This document shows, piece after piece, positions 11,901 through 26,900 of a stretch of DNA of 64,000 nt. The position numbers were made by a program, and so were the translations under genes. The stretch covers positions 39,742,001 to 39,806,000 of the forward strand of contig OZ024758.1 of the NCBI GenBank assembly GCA_964016885.1, read 5' to 3'. The notes below the pieces were generated by a model that searched no databases, was not told where the DNA came from, and saw only the letters and a list, made by a program, of their open reading frames with translations. Source of the DNA: Eledone cirrhosa. Taxonomy: Eukaryota. Positions within the stretch are counted from its first letter, which is position 1; each line of letters begins with the position of its first letter.

Positions 11901-14900
11901 TTGGAGTTACTTCTGACAGCTAGTACCATGAACTTAAATGAATTCTTACCAACAGTGGAGTTACTTCTGACAGCTAATACCATGAACTTAAATGAATTCT
12001 CACCAACAGTGGAGTTCCTTCTGACAGCTAATACCATGAACTTAACTGAATTCTCACCAACATTGGAGTTAATTCTGACAGCTAGTACCATGACTCAAAT
12101 GAATTCTCACCAACATTGGAGTTACTTCTGACAGCTAATACCATGACTTAAATGAATTCTCACCAACAGTGGAGTTACTTCTGACAGCTAATACAATGAA
12201 CTTAAATGAATTCTCACCAACAGTGGAGTTGCTTCTGACAGCTAGTACCATGACTTAAATGAATTCTCACCAACAGTGGAGTTACTTCTGACAACTAATA
12301 CCATGAACTTAAATGAATTCTCACCAACATTGGAGTTACTTCTGACAGCTAATACCATGACTTAAATGAATTCTCACCAACAGTGGAGTTACTTCTGACA
12401 GCTAGTACCATGAACTTAAATGAATTCTCACCAACAGTGGAGTTACTTCTGACAACTAATACCATGAACTTAAATGAATTCTCACCAACATTGGAGTTAC
12501 TTCTGACAGCTAATACCATGACTTAAATGAATTCTCACCAACAGTGGAGTTACTTCTGACAGCTAATACCATGAACTTAAATGAATTCTCACCAACAGTG
12601 GAGTTCCTTCTGACAGCTAGTACCATGAACTTAAATGAATTCTCACCAACATTGGAGTTACTTCTGAGAGCTAGTACCATGACTTAAATGAATTCTCACC
12701 AACATTGGAGTTACTTCTGACAGCTAATACCATGACTTAAATGAATTCTCACCAACAGTGGAGTTACTTCTGACAGCTAATACCATGAACTTAAATGAAT
12801 TCTCACCAACAGTGGAGTTACTTCTAACAGCTAGTACCATGAACTTAAATGAATTCTCACCAACATTGGAGTTACTTCTGACAACTAATACCATGACTTA
12901 AATGAATTCTCACCAACAGTGGAGTTACTTCTGACAGCTAATACCATGAACTTAAATGAATTCTCACCAACAGTGGAGTTACTTCTGACAGCTAGTACCA
13001 TGAACTTAAATGAATTCTCACCAACATTGGAGTTACTTCTGACAACTAATACCATGACTTAAATGAATTCTCACCAACAGTGGAGTTACTTCTGACAAAC
13101 TAATACCATGAACGTAAATGAATTCTCACCAACAGTGGAGTTACTTCTGACAGCTAGTACCATGAACTTAAATGAATTCTCACCAACATTGGAGTTACTT
13201 CTGACAACTAATACCATGATTTAAATGAATTCTCACCAACAGTGGAGTTACTTCTGACAACTAACACCATGAACTTAACTGAATTCTCACCAACAGTGGA
13301 GTTACTTCTGACAGCTAGTACCATGAACTTAAATGAATTCTCACCAACAGTGGAGTTACTTCTGACAGCTAGTACCATGAACTTAAATGAATTCTTACCA
13401 ACAGTGGAGTTACTTCTGACAGCTAATACCATGAACTTAAATGAATTCTCACCAACAGTGGACTTCCTTCTGACAGCTAATACCATGAACTTAACTGAAT
13501 TCTCACCAACATTGGAGTTAATTCTGACAGCTAGTACCATGACTCAAATGAATTCTCACCAACATTGGAGTTACTTCTGACAGCTAATACGATGACTTAA
13601 ATGAATTCTCACCAACAGTGGAGTTACTTCTGACAGCTAATACCATGAACTTAAATGAATTCTCACCAACAGTGGAGTTTCTTCTGACAGCTAGTACGAT
13701 GACTTAAATGAATTCTCACCAACAATGGAGTTACTTCTGACAGATAATACCATGACTTAAATGAATTCTCACCAACAGTGGAGTTACTTCTGACAGCTAA
13801 TACCATGAACTTAAATGAATTCTCACCAACAGTGGAGTTACTTCTGACAGCTAGAACCATGAACCTAAATGAATTCTCACCAACATTGGAGTTACTTCTG
13901 ACAACTAATACCATGACTTAAATGAATTCTCACCAACAGTGGAGTTACTTCTGACAACTAATACCATGAACTTAAATGAATTCTCACCAACAGCGGAGTT
14001 ACTTCTGACAACTAGTACCATGAACTTAAATGAATTCTCACCAACAGTGGAGTTACTTCTGACAGCTAATACCATGAACTTAAATGAATTCTCACCAACA
14101 GTGGAGTTCCTTCTGACAGCTAATACCATGAACTTAAATGAATTCTCACCAACATTGGAGTTACTTCTGACAGCTAGTACCATGAACTTAAATGAATTCT
14201 CACCAACAGTGGAGTTACTTCTGACAGCTAATACCATGAACTTAAATGAATTCTCACCAACAGTGGAGTTACTTCTGACAGCTAATACCATGAACTTAAA
14301 TGAATTCTCACCAACATTGGAGTGACTTCTGACAGCTAATACCATGAACTTAAATGAATTCTCACCAACATTGGGGTTACTTCTGACAGCTAGTACCATG
14401 AACTTAAATGAATTCTCACCAACAGTGGAGTTACTTCTGACAGCTAATACCATGAACTTAAATGAATTCTCACCAACAGTGGAGTTACTTCTGACAGCTA
14501 GTACCATGAACTTAAATGAATTCTCACCAACAGTGGAGTTCCTTCTGACAGCTAATACCATGAACTTAAATGAATTCTCACCAACAGTGGAGTTACTTCT
14601 GACAGCTAGTACCATGAACTTAAATGAATTCTCACCAACAGTGGAGTTACTTCTGACAGCTAGTACCATGAACTTAAATGAATTCTTACCAACAGTGGAG
14701 TTACTTCTGACAGCTAATACCATGAACTTAAATGAATTCTCACTAACAGTGGAGTTCCTTCTGACAGCTAATACCATGAACTTAACTGAATTCTCACCAA
14801 CATTGGAGTTAATTCTGACAGCTAGTACCATGACTCAAATGAATTCTCACCAACATTGGAGTTACTTCTGACAGCTAATACCATGAACTTAAATGAATTC

Positions 14901-17900
14901 TCACCAACAGTGGAGTTCCTTCTGACAGCTAGTACCATGAACTTAAATGAATTCTCACCAACAGTGGAGTTACTTCTGAGAGCTAGTACCATGACTTAAA
15001 TGAATTCTCACCAACATTGGAGTTACTTCTGACAGCTAATACCATGACTTAAATGAATTCTCACCAACAGTGGAGTTACTTCTGACAAACTAATACCATG
15101 AACTTAAATGAATTCTCACCAACAGTGGAGTTACTTCTGACAGCTAGTACCATGAACTTAAATGAATTCTCACCAACATTGGAGTTACTTCTGACAACTA
15201 GTACCATGATTTAAATGAATTCTCACCAACAGTGGAGTTACTTCTGACAACTAACACCATGAACTTAACTGAATTCTCACCAACAGTGGAGTTACTTCTG
15301 ACAGCTAGTACCATGAACTTAAATGAATTCTCACCAACAGTGGAGTTACTTCTGACAGCTAGTACCATGAACTTAAATGAATTCTTACCAACAGTGGAGT
15401 TACTTCTGACAGCTAATACCATGAACTTAAATGAATTCTCACCAACAGTGGACTTCCTTCTGACAGCTAATACCATGAACTTAACTGAATTCTCACCAAC
15501 ATTGGAGTTAATTCTGACAGCTAGTACCATGACTCAAATGAATTCTCACCAACATTGGAGTTACTTCTGACAGCTAATACCATGACTTAAATGAATTCTC
15601 ACCAACAGTGGAGTTACTTCTGACAGCTAATACCATGAACTTAAATGAATTCTCACCAACAGTGGAGTTACTTCTGACAGCTAGTACCATGAACTTAAAT
15701 GAATTCTCACCAACATTGGAGTTACTTCTGACAACTAATACCATGACTTAAATGAATTCTCACCAACAGTGGAGTTACTTCTGACAAACTAATACCATGA
15801 ACTTAAATGAATTCTCACCAACAGTGGAGTTACTTCTGACAGCTAATACCATGAACTTAAATGAATTCTCACCAACAGTGGAGTTACTTCTGACAGCTAA
15901 TACCATGAACTTAAATGAATTCTCACCAACAGTGGAGTTCCTTCTGACAGCTAATACCATGAACTTAAATGAATTCTCACCAACATTGGAGTTACTTCTG
16001 ACAGCTAGTACCATGAACTTAAATGAATTCTCACCAACAGTGGAGTTACTTCTGACAGCTAATACCATGAACTTAAATGAATTCTCACCAACATTGGGGT
16101 TACTTCTGACAGCTAGTACCATGAACTTAAATGAATTCTCACCAACAGTGGAGTTACTTCTGACAGCTAATACCATGAACTTAAATGAATTCTCACCAAC
16201 AGTGGAGTTACTTCTGACAGCTAGTACCATGAACTTAAATGAATTCTCACCAACAGTGGAGTTACTTCTGACAGCTAATACCATGAACTTAAATGAATTC
16301 TCACCAACATTGGAGTTACTTTTGACAGCTAATACCATGAACTTAAATGAATTCTCACCAACATTGGAGTTACTTCTGACAGCTAGTACCATGAACTTAA
16401 ATGAATTCTCACCAACAGTGGAGTTACTTCTGACAGCTAGTACCATGAACTTAAATGAATTCTCACCAACAGTGGAGTTACTTCTGACAGCTAGTACCAT
16501 GACTTAAATGAATTCTCACCAACAGTGGAGTTACTTCTGACAGCTAATACCATGAACTTAAATGAATTCTCACCAACATTGGAGTTACTTCTGACAACTA
16601 ATACCAAGACTTAAATGAATTCTCACCAACAGTGGAGTTCCTTCTGACAGCTAATACCATGAACTTAAATGAATTCTCACCAACATTGGAGTTACTTCTG
16701 ACAGCTAATACCATGAACTTAAATGTATTCTCACCAACATTGGAGTTACTTCTGACAGCTAGTACCATGAACTTAAATGAATTCTCACCAACAGTGGAGT
16801 TACTTCTGACAGCTAGTACCATGAACTTAAATGAATTCTCACCAACATTGGAGTTACTTCTGACAACTAACACCAAGACTTAAATGAATTCTCACCAACA
16901 GTGGAGTTCCTTCTGACAGCTAATACCATGAACTTAAATGAATTCTCACCAACAGTGGAGTTACTTCTGACAGCTAATACCATGAACTTAAATGAATTCT
17001 CACCAACAGTGGAGTTACTTCTGACAGCTAATACCATGAACTTAAATGAATTCTCACCAACATTGGAGTGACTTCTGACAGCTAATACCATGAACTTAAA
17101 TGAATTCTCACCAACATTGGGGTTATTTCTGACAGCTAGTACCATGAACTTAAATGAATTCTCACCAACAGTGGAGTGACTTCTGACAGCTAATACCATG
17201 AACTTAAATGAATTCTCACCAACATTGGGGTTACTTCTGACAGCTAGTACCATGAACTTAAATGAATTCTCACCAACAGTGGAGTTACTTCTGACAGCTA
17301 ATACCATGAACTTAAATGAATTCTCACCAACATTGGAGTGACTTCTGACAGCTAATACCATGAACTTAAATGAATTCTCACCAACATTGGGCTTACTTCT
17401 GACAGCTAGTACCATGAACTTAAATGAATTCTCACCAACAGTGGAGTTACTTCTGACAGCTAATACCATGAACTTAAATGAATTCTCACCAACATTGGAG
17501 TTACTTCTGACAGCTAGTACCATGAACTTAAATGAATTCTCACCAACAGTGGAGTTACTTCTGACAGCTTGTACCATGAACTTAAATGAATTCTCACCAA
17601 CATTGGAGTTACTTCTGACAACTAATACCAAGACTTAAATGAATTCTCACCAACAGTGGAGTTCCTTCTGACAGCTAATACCATGAACTTAAATGAATTC
17701 TCACCAACATTGGAGTTACTTCTGACAGCTAGTACCATGAACTTAAATGAATTCTCACCAACATTGGAGTTACTTCTGACAGCTAGTACCATGAACTTAA
17801 ATGAATTCTCACCAACAGTGGAGTTCCTTCTGACAGCTAATACCATGAACTTAAATGAATTCTCACCAACATTGGAGTTACTTCTGACAGCTAGTACCAT

Positions 17901-20900
17901 GACTTAAATGAATTCTCACCAACATTGGAGTTACTTCTGACAACTAATACCATGACTTAAATGAATTCTCACCAACAGTGGAGTTACTTCTGACGAACTA
18001 ATACCATGAATTTAAATGAATTCTTACCAACAGTGGAGTTACTTCTGACAGCTAATACCATGAACTTAAATGAATTCTCACCAACAGTGGAGTTACTTCT
18101 GGCAGCTAGTACCATGACTTAAATGAATTCTCACCAACAATGGAGTTACTTCTGACAGCTAATACCATGACTTAAATGAATTCTCACCAACAGTGGAGTT
18201 ACTTCTGACAGCTAATACCATGAACTTAAATGATTTCTCACCAACAGTGGAGTTACTTCTGACAGCTAGAACCATGAACTTAAATGAATTCTCACCAACA
18301 TTGGAGTTACTTCTGACAACTAATACCATGACTTAAATGAATTCTCACCAACAGTGGAGTTACTTCTGACAGCTAATACCATGAACTTAAATGAATTCTC
18401 ACCAACAGTGGAGTTACTTCTGACAACTAGTACCATGAACTTAAATGAATTCTCACCAACAGTGGAGTTACTTCTGACAGCTAATACCATGAACTTAAAT
18501 GAATTCTCACCAACAGTGGAGTTCCTTCTGACAGCTAATACCATGAACTTAAATGAATTCTCACCAACAGTGGAGTTACTTCTGACAGCTAATACCATGA
18601 ACTTAAATGAATTCTCACCAACAGTGGCGTTCCTTCTGACAGCTAATACCATGAACTTAAATGAATTCTCACCAACAGTGGAGTTACTTCTGACAGCTAG
18701 TACCATGACTTAAATGAATTCTCACCAACATTGGAGTTCCTTCTGACAGCTAATACCATGAACTTAAATGAATTCTCACCAACAGTGGAGTTACTTCTGA
18801 CAGCTAATACCATGAACTTAAATGAATTCTCACCAACATTGGAGTTACTTTTGACAGCTAATATCATGAACTTAAATGAATTCTCACCAACATTGGAGTT
18901 ACTTCTGACAGCTAGTACCATGAACTTAAATGAATTCTCACCAACAGTGGAGTTACTTCTGACAGCTAGTACCATGAACTTAAATGAATTCTCACCAACA
19001 GTGGAGTTACTTCTGACAGCTAGTACCATGACTTAAATGAATTCTCACCAACAGTGGAGTTACTTCTGACAGCTAATACCATGAACTTAAATGAATTCTC
19101 ACCAACATTGGAGTTACTTCTGACAACTAATACCAAGACTTAAATGAATTCTCACCAACAGTGGAGTTCCTTCTGACAGCTAATACCATGAACTTAAATG
19201 AATTCTCACCAACATTGGAGTTACTTCTGACAGCTAATACCATGAACTTAAATGAATTCTCACCAACATTGGAGTTACTTCTGACAGCTAGTACCATGAA
19301 CTTAAATGAATTCTCACCAACAGTGGAGTTACTTCTGACAGCTAGTACCATGAACTTAAATGAATTCTCACCAACATTGGAGTTACTTCTGAGAACTAAC
19401 ACCAAGACTTAAATGAATTCTCACCAACAGTGGAGTTCCTTCTGACAGCTAATACCATGAACTTAAATGAATTCTCACCAACAGTGGAGTTACTTCTGAC
19501 AGCTAATACCATGAACTTAAATGAATTCTCACCAACAGTGGAGTTATTTCTGACAGCTAATACCATGAACTTAAATGAATTCTCACCAACATTGGAGTGA
19601 CTTCTGACAGCTAATACCATGAACTTAAATGAATTCTCACCAACATTGGGGTTACTTCTGACAGCTAGTACCATGAACTTAAATGAATTCTCACCAACAG
19701 TGGAGTGACTTCTGACAGCTAATACCATGAACTTAAATGAATTCTCACCAACATTGGGGTTACTTCTGACAGCTAGTACCATGAACTTAAATGAATTCTC
19801 ACCAACAGTGGAGTTACTTCTGACAGCTAATACCATGAACTTAAATGAATTCTCACCAACATTGGAGTGACTTCTGACAGCTAATACCATGAACTTAAAT
19901 GAATTCTCACCAACATTGGGGTTACTTCTGACAGCTAGTACCATGAACTTAAATGAATTCTCACCAACAGTGGAGTTACTTCTGACAGCTAATACCATGA
20001 ACTTAAATGAATTCTCACCAACAGTGGAGTTACTTCTGACAGCTAGTACCATGAACTTAAATGAATTCTCACCAACAGTGGAGTTACTTCTGACAGCTAA
20101 TACCATGAACTTAAATGAATTCTCACCAACAGTGGAGTTACTTCTGACAGCTAGTACCATGACTTAAATGAATTCTCACCAACATTGGAGTTCCTTCTGA
20201 CAGCTAATACCATGAACTTAAATGAATTCTCACCAACAGTGGAGTTACTTCTGACAGCTAATAGCATGAACTTAAATGAATTCTCACCAACATTGGAGTT
20301 ACTTCTGACAGCTAATACCATGACTTAAATGAATTCTCACCAACAGTGGAGTTCCTTCTGACAGCTAATACCATGAACTTAAATGAATTCTCACCAACAT
20401 TGGAGTTACTTCTGACAGCTAGTACCATGAACTTAAATGAATTCTCACCAACAGTGGAGTTCCTTCTGACAGCTAATACCATGAACTTAAATGAATTCTC
20501 ACCAACATTGGAGTTACTTCTGACAGCTAGTACCATGACTTAAATGAATTCTCACCAACATTGGAGTTACTTCTGACAACTAATACCATGACTTAAATGA
20601 ATTCTCACCAACAGTGGAGTTACTTCTGACGAACTAATACCATGAACTTAAATGAATTCTTACCAACAGTGGAGTTACTTCTGACAGCTAGTACCATGAA
20701 CTTAAATGAATTCTCACCAACAGTGGAGTTCCTTCTGACAGCTAATACCATGAACTTAAATGAATTCTCACCAACAGTGGAGTTACTTCTGACAGCTAAT
20801 ACCATGAACGTAAATGAATTCTCACCAACAGTGGAGTTACTTCTGACAGCTAATACCATGAACATAAATGAATTCTCACCAACATTGGAGTTACTTCTGA

Positions 20901-23900
20901 CAGCTAGTACCATGACTTAAATGAATTCTCACCAACATTGGAGTTCCTTCTGACAGCTAATACCATGAACTTAAATGAATTCTCACCAACAGTGGAGTTA
21001 CTTCTGACAGCTAATACCATGAACTTAAATGAATTCTCACCAAAAGTGGAGTTACTTCTGACAGCTAATACCATGAACTTAAATGAATTCTCACCAACAG
21101 TGGAGTTACTTCTGACAGCTAGTACCATGAACTTAAATGAATTCTCACCAACATTGGAGTTACCTCTGACAACTAACACCAAGACTTAAATGAATTCTCA
21201 CCAACAGTGGAGTTCCTTCTGACAGCTAATACCATGAACTTAAATGAATTCTCACCAACAGTGGAGTTACTTCTGACAGCTAATACCATGAACTTAAATG
21301 AATTCTCACCAACAGTGGAGTTACTTCTGACAGCTAATACCATGAACTTAAATGAATTCTCACCAACATTGGAGTGACTTCTGACAGCTAATACCATGAA
21401 CTTAAATGAATTCTCACCAACATTGGGGTTACTTCTGACAGCTAGTACCATGAACTTAAATGAATTCTCACCAACAGTGGAGTGACTTCTGACAGCTAAT
21501 ACCATGAACTTAAATGAATTCTCACCAACATTGGGGTTACTTCTGACAGCTAGTACCATGAACTTAAATGAATTCTCACCAACAGTGGAGTTACTTCTGA
21601 CAGCTAATACCATGAACTTAAATGAATTCTCACCAACATTGGAGTGACTTCTGACAGCTAATACCATGAACTTAAATGAATTCTCACCAACATTGGGGTT
21701 ACTTCTGACAGCTAGTACCATGAACTTAAATGAATTCTCACCAACAGTGGAGTTACTTCTGACAGCTAATACCATGAACTTAAATGAATTCTCACCAACA
21801 GTGGAGTTACTTCTGACAGCTAGTACCATGAACTTAAATGAATTCTCACCAACAGTGGAGTTACTTCTGACAGCTAATACCATGAACTTAAATGAATTCT
21901 CACCAACATTGGAGTTACTTCTGACAGCTAGTACCATGAACTTAAATGAATTCTCACCAACAGTGGAGTTACTTCTGACAGCTAGTACCATGAACTTAAA
22001 TGAATTCTCACCAACATTGGAGTTACTTCTGACAACTAATACCAAGACTTAAATGAATTCTCACCAACAGTGGAGTTCTTTCTGACAGCTAATACCATGA
22101 ACTTAAATGAATTCTCACCAACATTGGAGTTACTTCTGACAGCTAGTACCATGAACTTAAATGAATTCTCACCAACAGTGGAGTTACTTCTGACAGCTAA
22201 TACCATGAACTTAAATGAATTCTCACCAACAGTGGCGTTCCTTCTGACAGCTAATACCATGAACTTAAATGAATTCTCACCAACAGTGGAGTTACTTCTG
22301 ACAGCTAGTACCATGACTTAAATGAATTCTCACCAACATTGGAGTTCCTTCTGACAGCTAATACCATGAACTTAAATGAATTCTCACCAACAGTGGAGTT
22401 ACTTCTGACAGCTAATACCATGAACTTAAATGAATTCTCACCAACAGTGGAGTTACTTCTGACAGCTAATACCATGAACTTAAATGAATTCTCACCAACA
22501 TTGGAGTTACTTCTGACAGCTAGTACCATGACTTAAATGAATTCTCACCAACATTGGAGTTCCTTCTGACAGCTAATACCATGAACTTAAATGAATTCTC
22601 ACCAACAGTGGAGTTACTTCTGACAGCTAATACCATGAACTTAAATGAATTCTCACCAAAAGTGGAGTTACTTCTGACAGCTAATACCATGAACTTAAAT
22701 GAATTCTCACCAACAGTGGAGTTACTTCTGACAGCTAGTACCATGAACTTAAATGAATTCTCACCAACATTGGAGTTACTTCTGACAACTAACACCAAGA
22801 CTTAAATGAATTCTCACCAACAGTGGAGTTCCTTCTGACAGCTAATACCATGAACTTAAATGAATTCTCACCAACAGTGGAGTTACTTCTGACAGCTAAT
22901 ACCATGAACTTAAATGAATTCTCACCAACAGTGGAGTTACTTCTGACAGCTAATACCATGAACTTAAATGAATTCTCACCAACATTGGAGTGACTTCTGA
23001 CAGCTAATACCATGAACTTAAATGAATTCTCACCAACATTGGGGTTACTTCTGACAGCTAGTACCATGAACTTAAATGAATTCTCACCAACAGTGGAGTG
23101 ACTTCTGACAGCTAATACCATGAACTTAAATGAATTCTCACCAACATTGGGGTTACTTCTGACAGCTAGTACCATGAACTTAAATGAATTCTCACCAACA
23201 GTGGAGTTACTTCTGACAGCTAATACCATGAACTTAAATGAATTCTCACCAACATTGGAGTGACTTCTGACAGCTAATACCATGAACTTAAATGAATTCT
23301 CACCAACATTGGGGTTACTTCTGACAGCTAGTACCATGAACTTAAATGAATTCTCACCAACAGTGGAGTTACTTCTGACAGCTAATACCATGGACTTAAA
23401 TGAATTCTCACCAACAGTGGAGTTACTTCTGACAGCTAGTACCATGAACTTAAATGAATTCTCACCAACAGTGGAGTTACTTCTGACAGCTAGTACCATG
23501 AACTTAAATGAATTCTCACCAACAGTGGAGTTACTTCTGACAGCTAATACCATGAACTTAAATGAATTCTCACCAACAGTGGCGTTCCTTCTGACAGCTA
23601 ATACCATGAACTTAAATGAATTCTCACCAACAGTGGAGTTACTTCTGACAGCTAGTACCATGACTTAAATGAATTCTCACCAACATTGGAGTTCCTTCTG
23701 ACAGCTAATACCATGAACTTAAATGAATTCTCACCAACAGTGGAGTTACTTCTGACAGCTAATACCATGAACTTAAATGAATTCTCACCAACAGTGGAGT
23801 TACTTCTGACAGCTAATACCATGAACTTAAATGAATTCTCACCAACATTGGAGTTACTTCTGACAGCTAGTACCATGACTTAAATGAATTCTCACCAACA

Positions 23901-26900
23901 TTGGAGTTCCTTCTGACAGCTAATACCATGAACTTAAATGAATTCTCACCAACAGTGGAGTTACTTCTGACAGCTAATACCATGAACTTAAATGAATTCT
24001 CACCAAAAGTGGAGTTACTTCTGACAGCTAATACCATGAACTTAAATGAATTCTCACCAACAGTGGAGTTACTTCTGACAGCTAGTACCATGAACTTAAA
24101 TGAATTCTCACCAACATTGGAGTTACTTCTGACAACTAACACCAAGACTTAAATGAATTCTCACCAACAGTGGAGTTCCTTCTGACAGCTAATACCATGA
24201 ACTTAAATGAATTCTCACCAACAGTGGAGTTACTTCTGACAGCTAATACCATGAACTTAAATGAATTCTCACCAACAGTGGAGTTACTTCTGACAGCTAA
24301 TACCATGAACTTAAATGAATTCTCACCAACATTGGAGTGACTTCTGACAGCTAATACCATGAACTTAAATGAATTCTCACCAACATTGGGGTTACTTCTG
24401 ACAGCTAGTACCATGAACTTAAATGAATTCTCACCAACAGTGGAGTGACTTCTGACAGCTAATACCATGAACTTAAATGAATTCTCACCAACATTGGGGT
24501 TACTTCTGACAGCTAGTACCATGAACTTAAATGAATTCTCACCAACAGTGGAGTTACTTCTGACAGCTAATACCATGAACTTAAATGAATTCTCACCAAC
24601 ATTGGAGTGACTTCTGACAGCTAATACCATGAACTTAAATGAATTCTCACCAACATTGGGGTTACTTCTGACAGCTAGTACCATGAACTTAAATGAATTC
24701 TCACCAACAGTGGAGTTACTTCTGACAGCTAATACCATGAACTTAAATGAATTCTCACCAACAGTGGAGTTACTTCTGACAGCTAGTACCATGAACTTAA
24801 ATGAATTCTCACCAACAGTGGAGTTACTTCTGACAGCTAATACCATGAACTTAAATGAATTCTCACCAACATTGGAGTTACTTCTGACAGCTAGTACCAC
24901 GAACTTAAATGAATTCTCACCAACAGTGGAGTTACTTCTGACAGCTAGTACCATGAACTTAAATGAATTCTCACCAACATTGGAGTTACTTCTGACAACT
25001 AATACCAAGACTTAAATGAATTCTCACCAACAGTGGAGTTCCTTCTGACAGCTAATACCATGAACTTAAATGAATTCTCACCAACATTGGAGTTACTTCT
25101 GACAGCTAGTACCATGAACTTAAATGAATTCTCACCAACAGTGGAGTTACTTCTGACAGCTAATACCATGAACTTAAATGAATTCTCACCAACAGTGGCG
25201 TTCCTTCTGACAGCTAATACCATGAACTTAAATGAATTCTCACCAACAGTGGAGTTACTTCTGACAGCTAGTACCATGACTTAAATGAATTCTCACCAAC
25301 ATTGGAGTTCCTTCTGACAGCTAATACCATGAACTTAAATGAATTCTCACCAACAGTGGAGTTACTTCTGACAGCTAATACCATGAACTTAAATGAATTC
25401 TCACCAACATTGGAGTTACTTCTGACAGCTAATACCATGACTTAAATGAATTCTCACCAACAGTGGAGTTCCTTCTGACAGCTAATACCATGAACTTAAA
25501 TGAATTCTCACCAACATTGGAGTTACTTCTGACAGCTAGTACCATGAACTTAAATGAATTCTCACCAACAGTGGAGTTCCTTCTGACAGCTAATACCATG
25601 AACTTAAATGAATTCTCACCAACATTGGAGTTACTTCTGACAACTAATACCATGACTTAAATGAATTCTCACCAACAGTGGAGTTACTTCTGACGAACTA
25701 ATACCATGAACTTAAATGAATTCTTACCAACAGTGGAGTTACTTCTGACAGCTAGTACCATGAACTTAAATGAATTCTCACCAACAGTGGAGTTCCTTCT
25801 GACAGCTAATACCATGAACTTAAATGAATTCTCACCAACAGTGGAGTTACTTCTGACAGCTAGTACCATGACTTAAATGAATTCTCACCAACAATGGAGT
25901 TACTTCTGACAGCTAATACCATGACTTAAATGAATTCTCACCAACAGTGGAGTTACTTCTGACAGCTAATACCATGAACTTAAATGAATTCTCACCAACA
26001 GTGGAGTTACTTCTGACAGCTAGAACCATGAACTTAAATGAATTCTCACCAACATTGGAGTTACTTCTGACAACTAATACCATGACTTAAATGAATTCTC
26101 ACCAACAGTGGAGTTACTTCTGACAGCTAATACCATGAACTTAAATGAATTCTCACCAACAGTGGAGTTACTTCTGACAACTAGTACCATGAACTTAAAT
26201 GAATTCTCACCAACAGTGGCGTTCCTTCTGACAGCTAATACCATGAACTTAAATGAATTCTCACCAACAGTGGAGTTACTTCTGACAGCTAGTACCATGA
26301 CTTAAATGAATTCTCACCAACATTGGAGTTCCTTCTGACAGCTAATACCATGAAATTAAATGAATTCTCACCAACAGTGGAGTTACTTCTGACAGCTAAT
26401 ACCATGAACTTAAATGAATTCTCACCAACAGTGGAGTTACTTCTGACAGCTAATACCATGAACTTAAATGAATTCTCACCAACAGTGGAGTTACTTCTGA
26501 CAGCTAATACCATGAACTTAAATGAATTCTCACCAACATTGGAGTGACTTCTGACAGCTAATACCATGAACTTAAATGAATTCTCACCAACATTGGGGTT
26601 ACTTCTGACAGCTAGTACCATGAACTTAAATGAATTCTCACCAACAGTGGAGTGACTTCTGACAGCTAATACCATGAACTTAAATGAATTCTCACCAACA
26701 TTGGAGTGACTTCTGACAGCTAATACCATGAACTTAAATGAATTCTAACCAACATTGGGGTTACTTCTGACAGCTAGTACCATGAACTTAAATGAATTCT
26801 CACCAACAGTGGAGTTACTTCTGACAGCTAATACCATGAACTTAAATGAATTCTCACCAACAGTGGAGTTACTTCTGACAGCTAGTACCATGACTTAAAT

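Noticed and set aside
17985-18025. Hammerhead core in satellite variants containing CTGACGA (also about 20626, 25690, 29512, 36892, 38561)
   Set aside because: No downstream GAAA or supporting stems; it is a 1-nt insertion variant of CTGACAACT.
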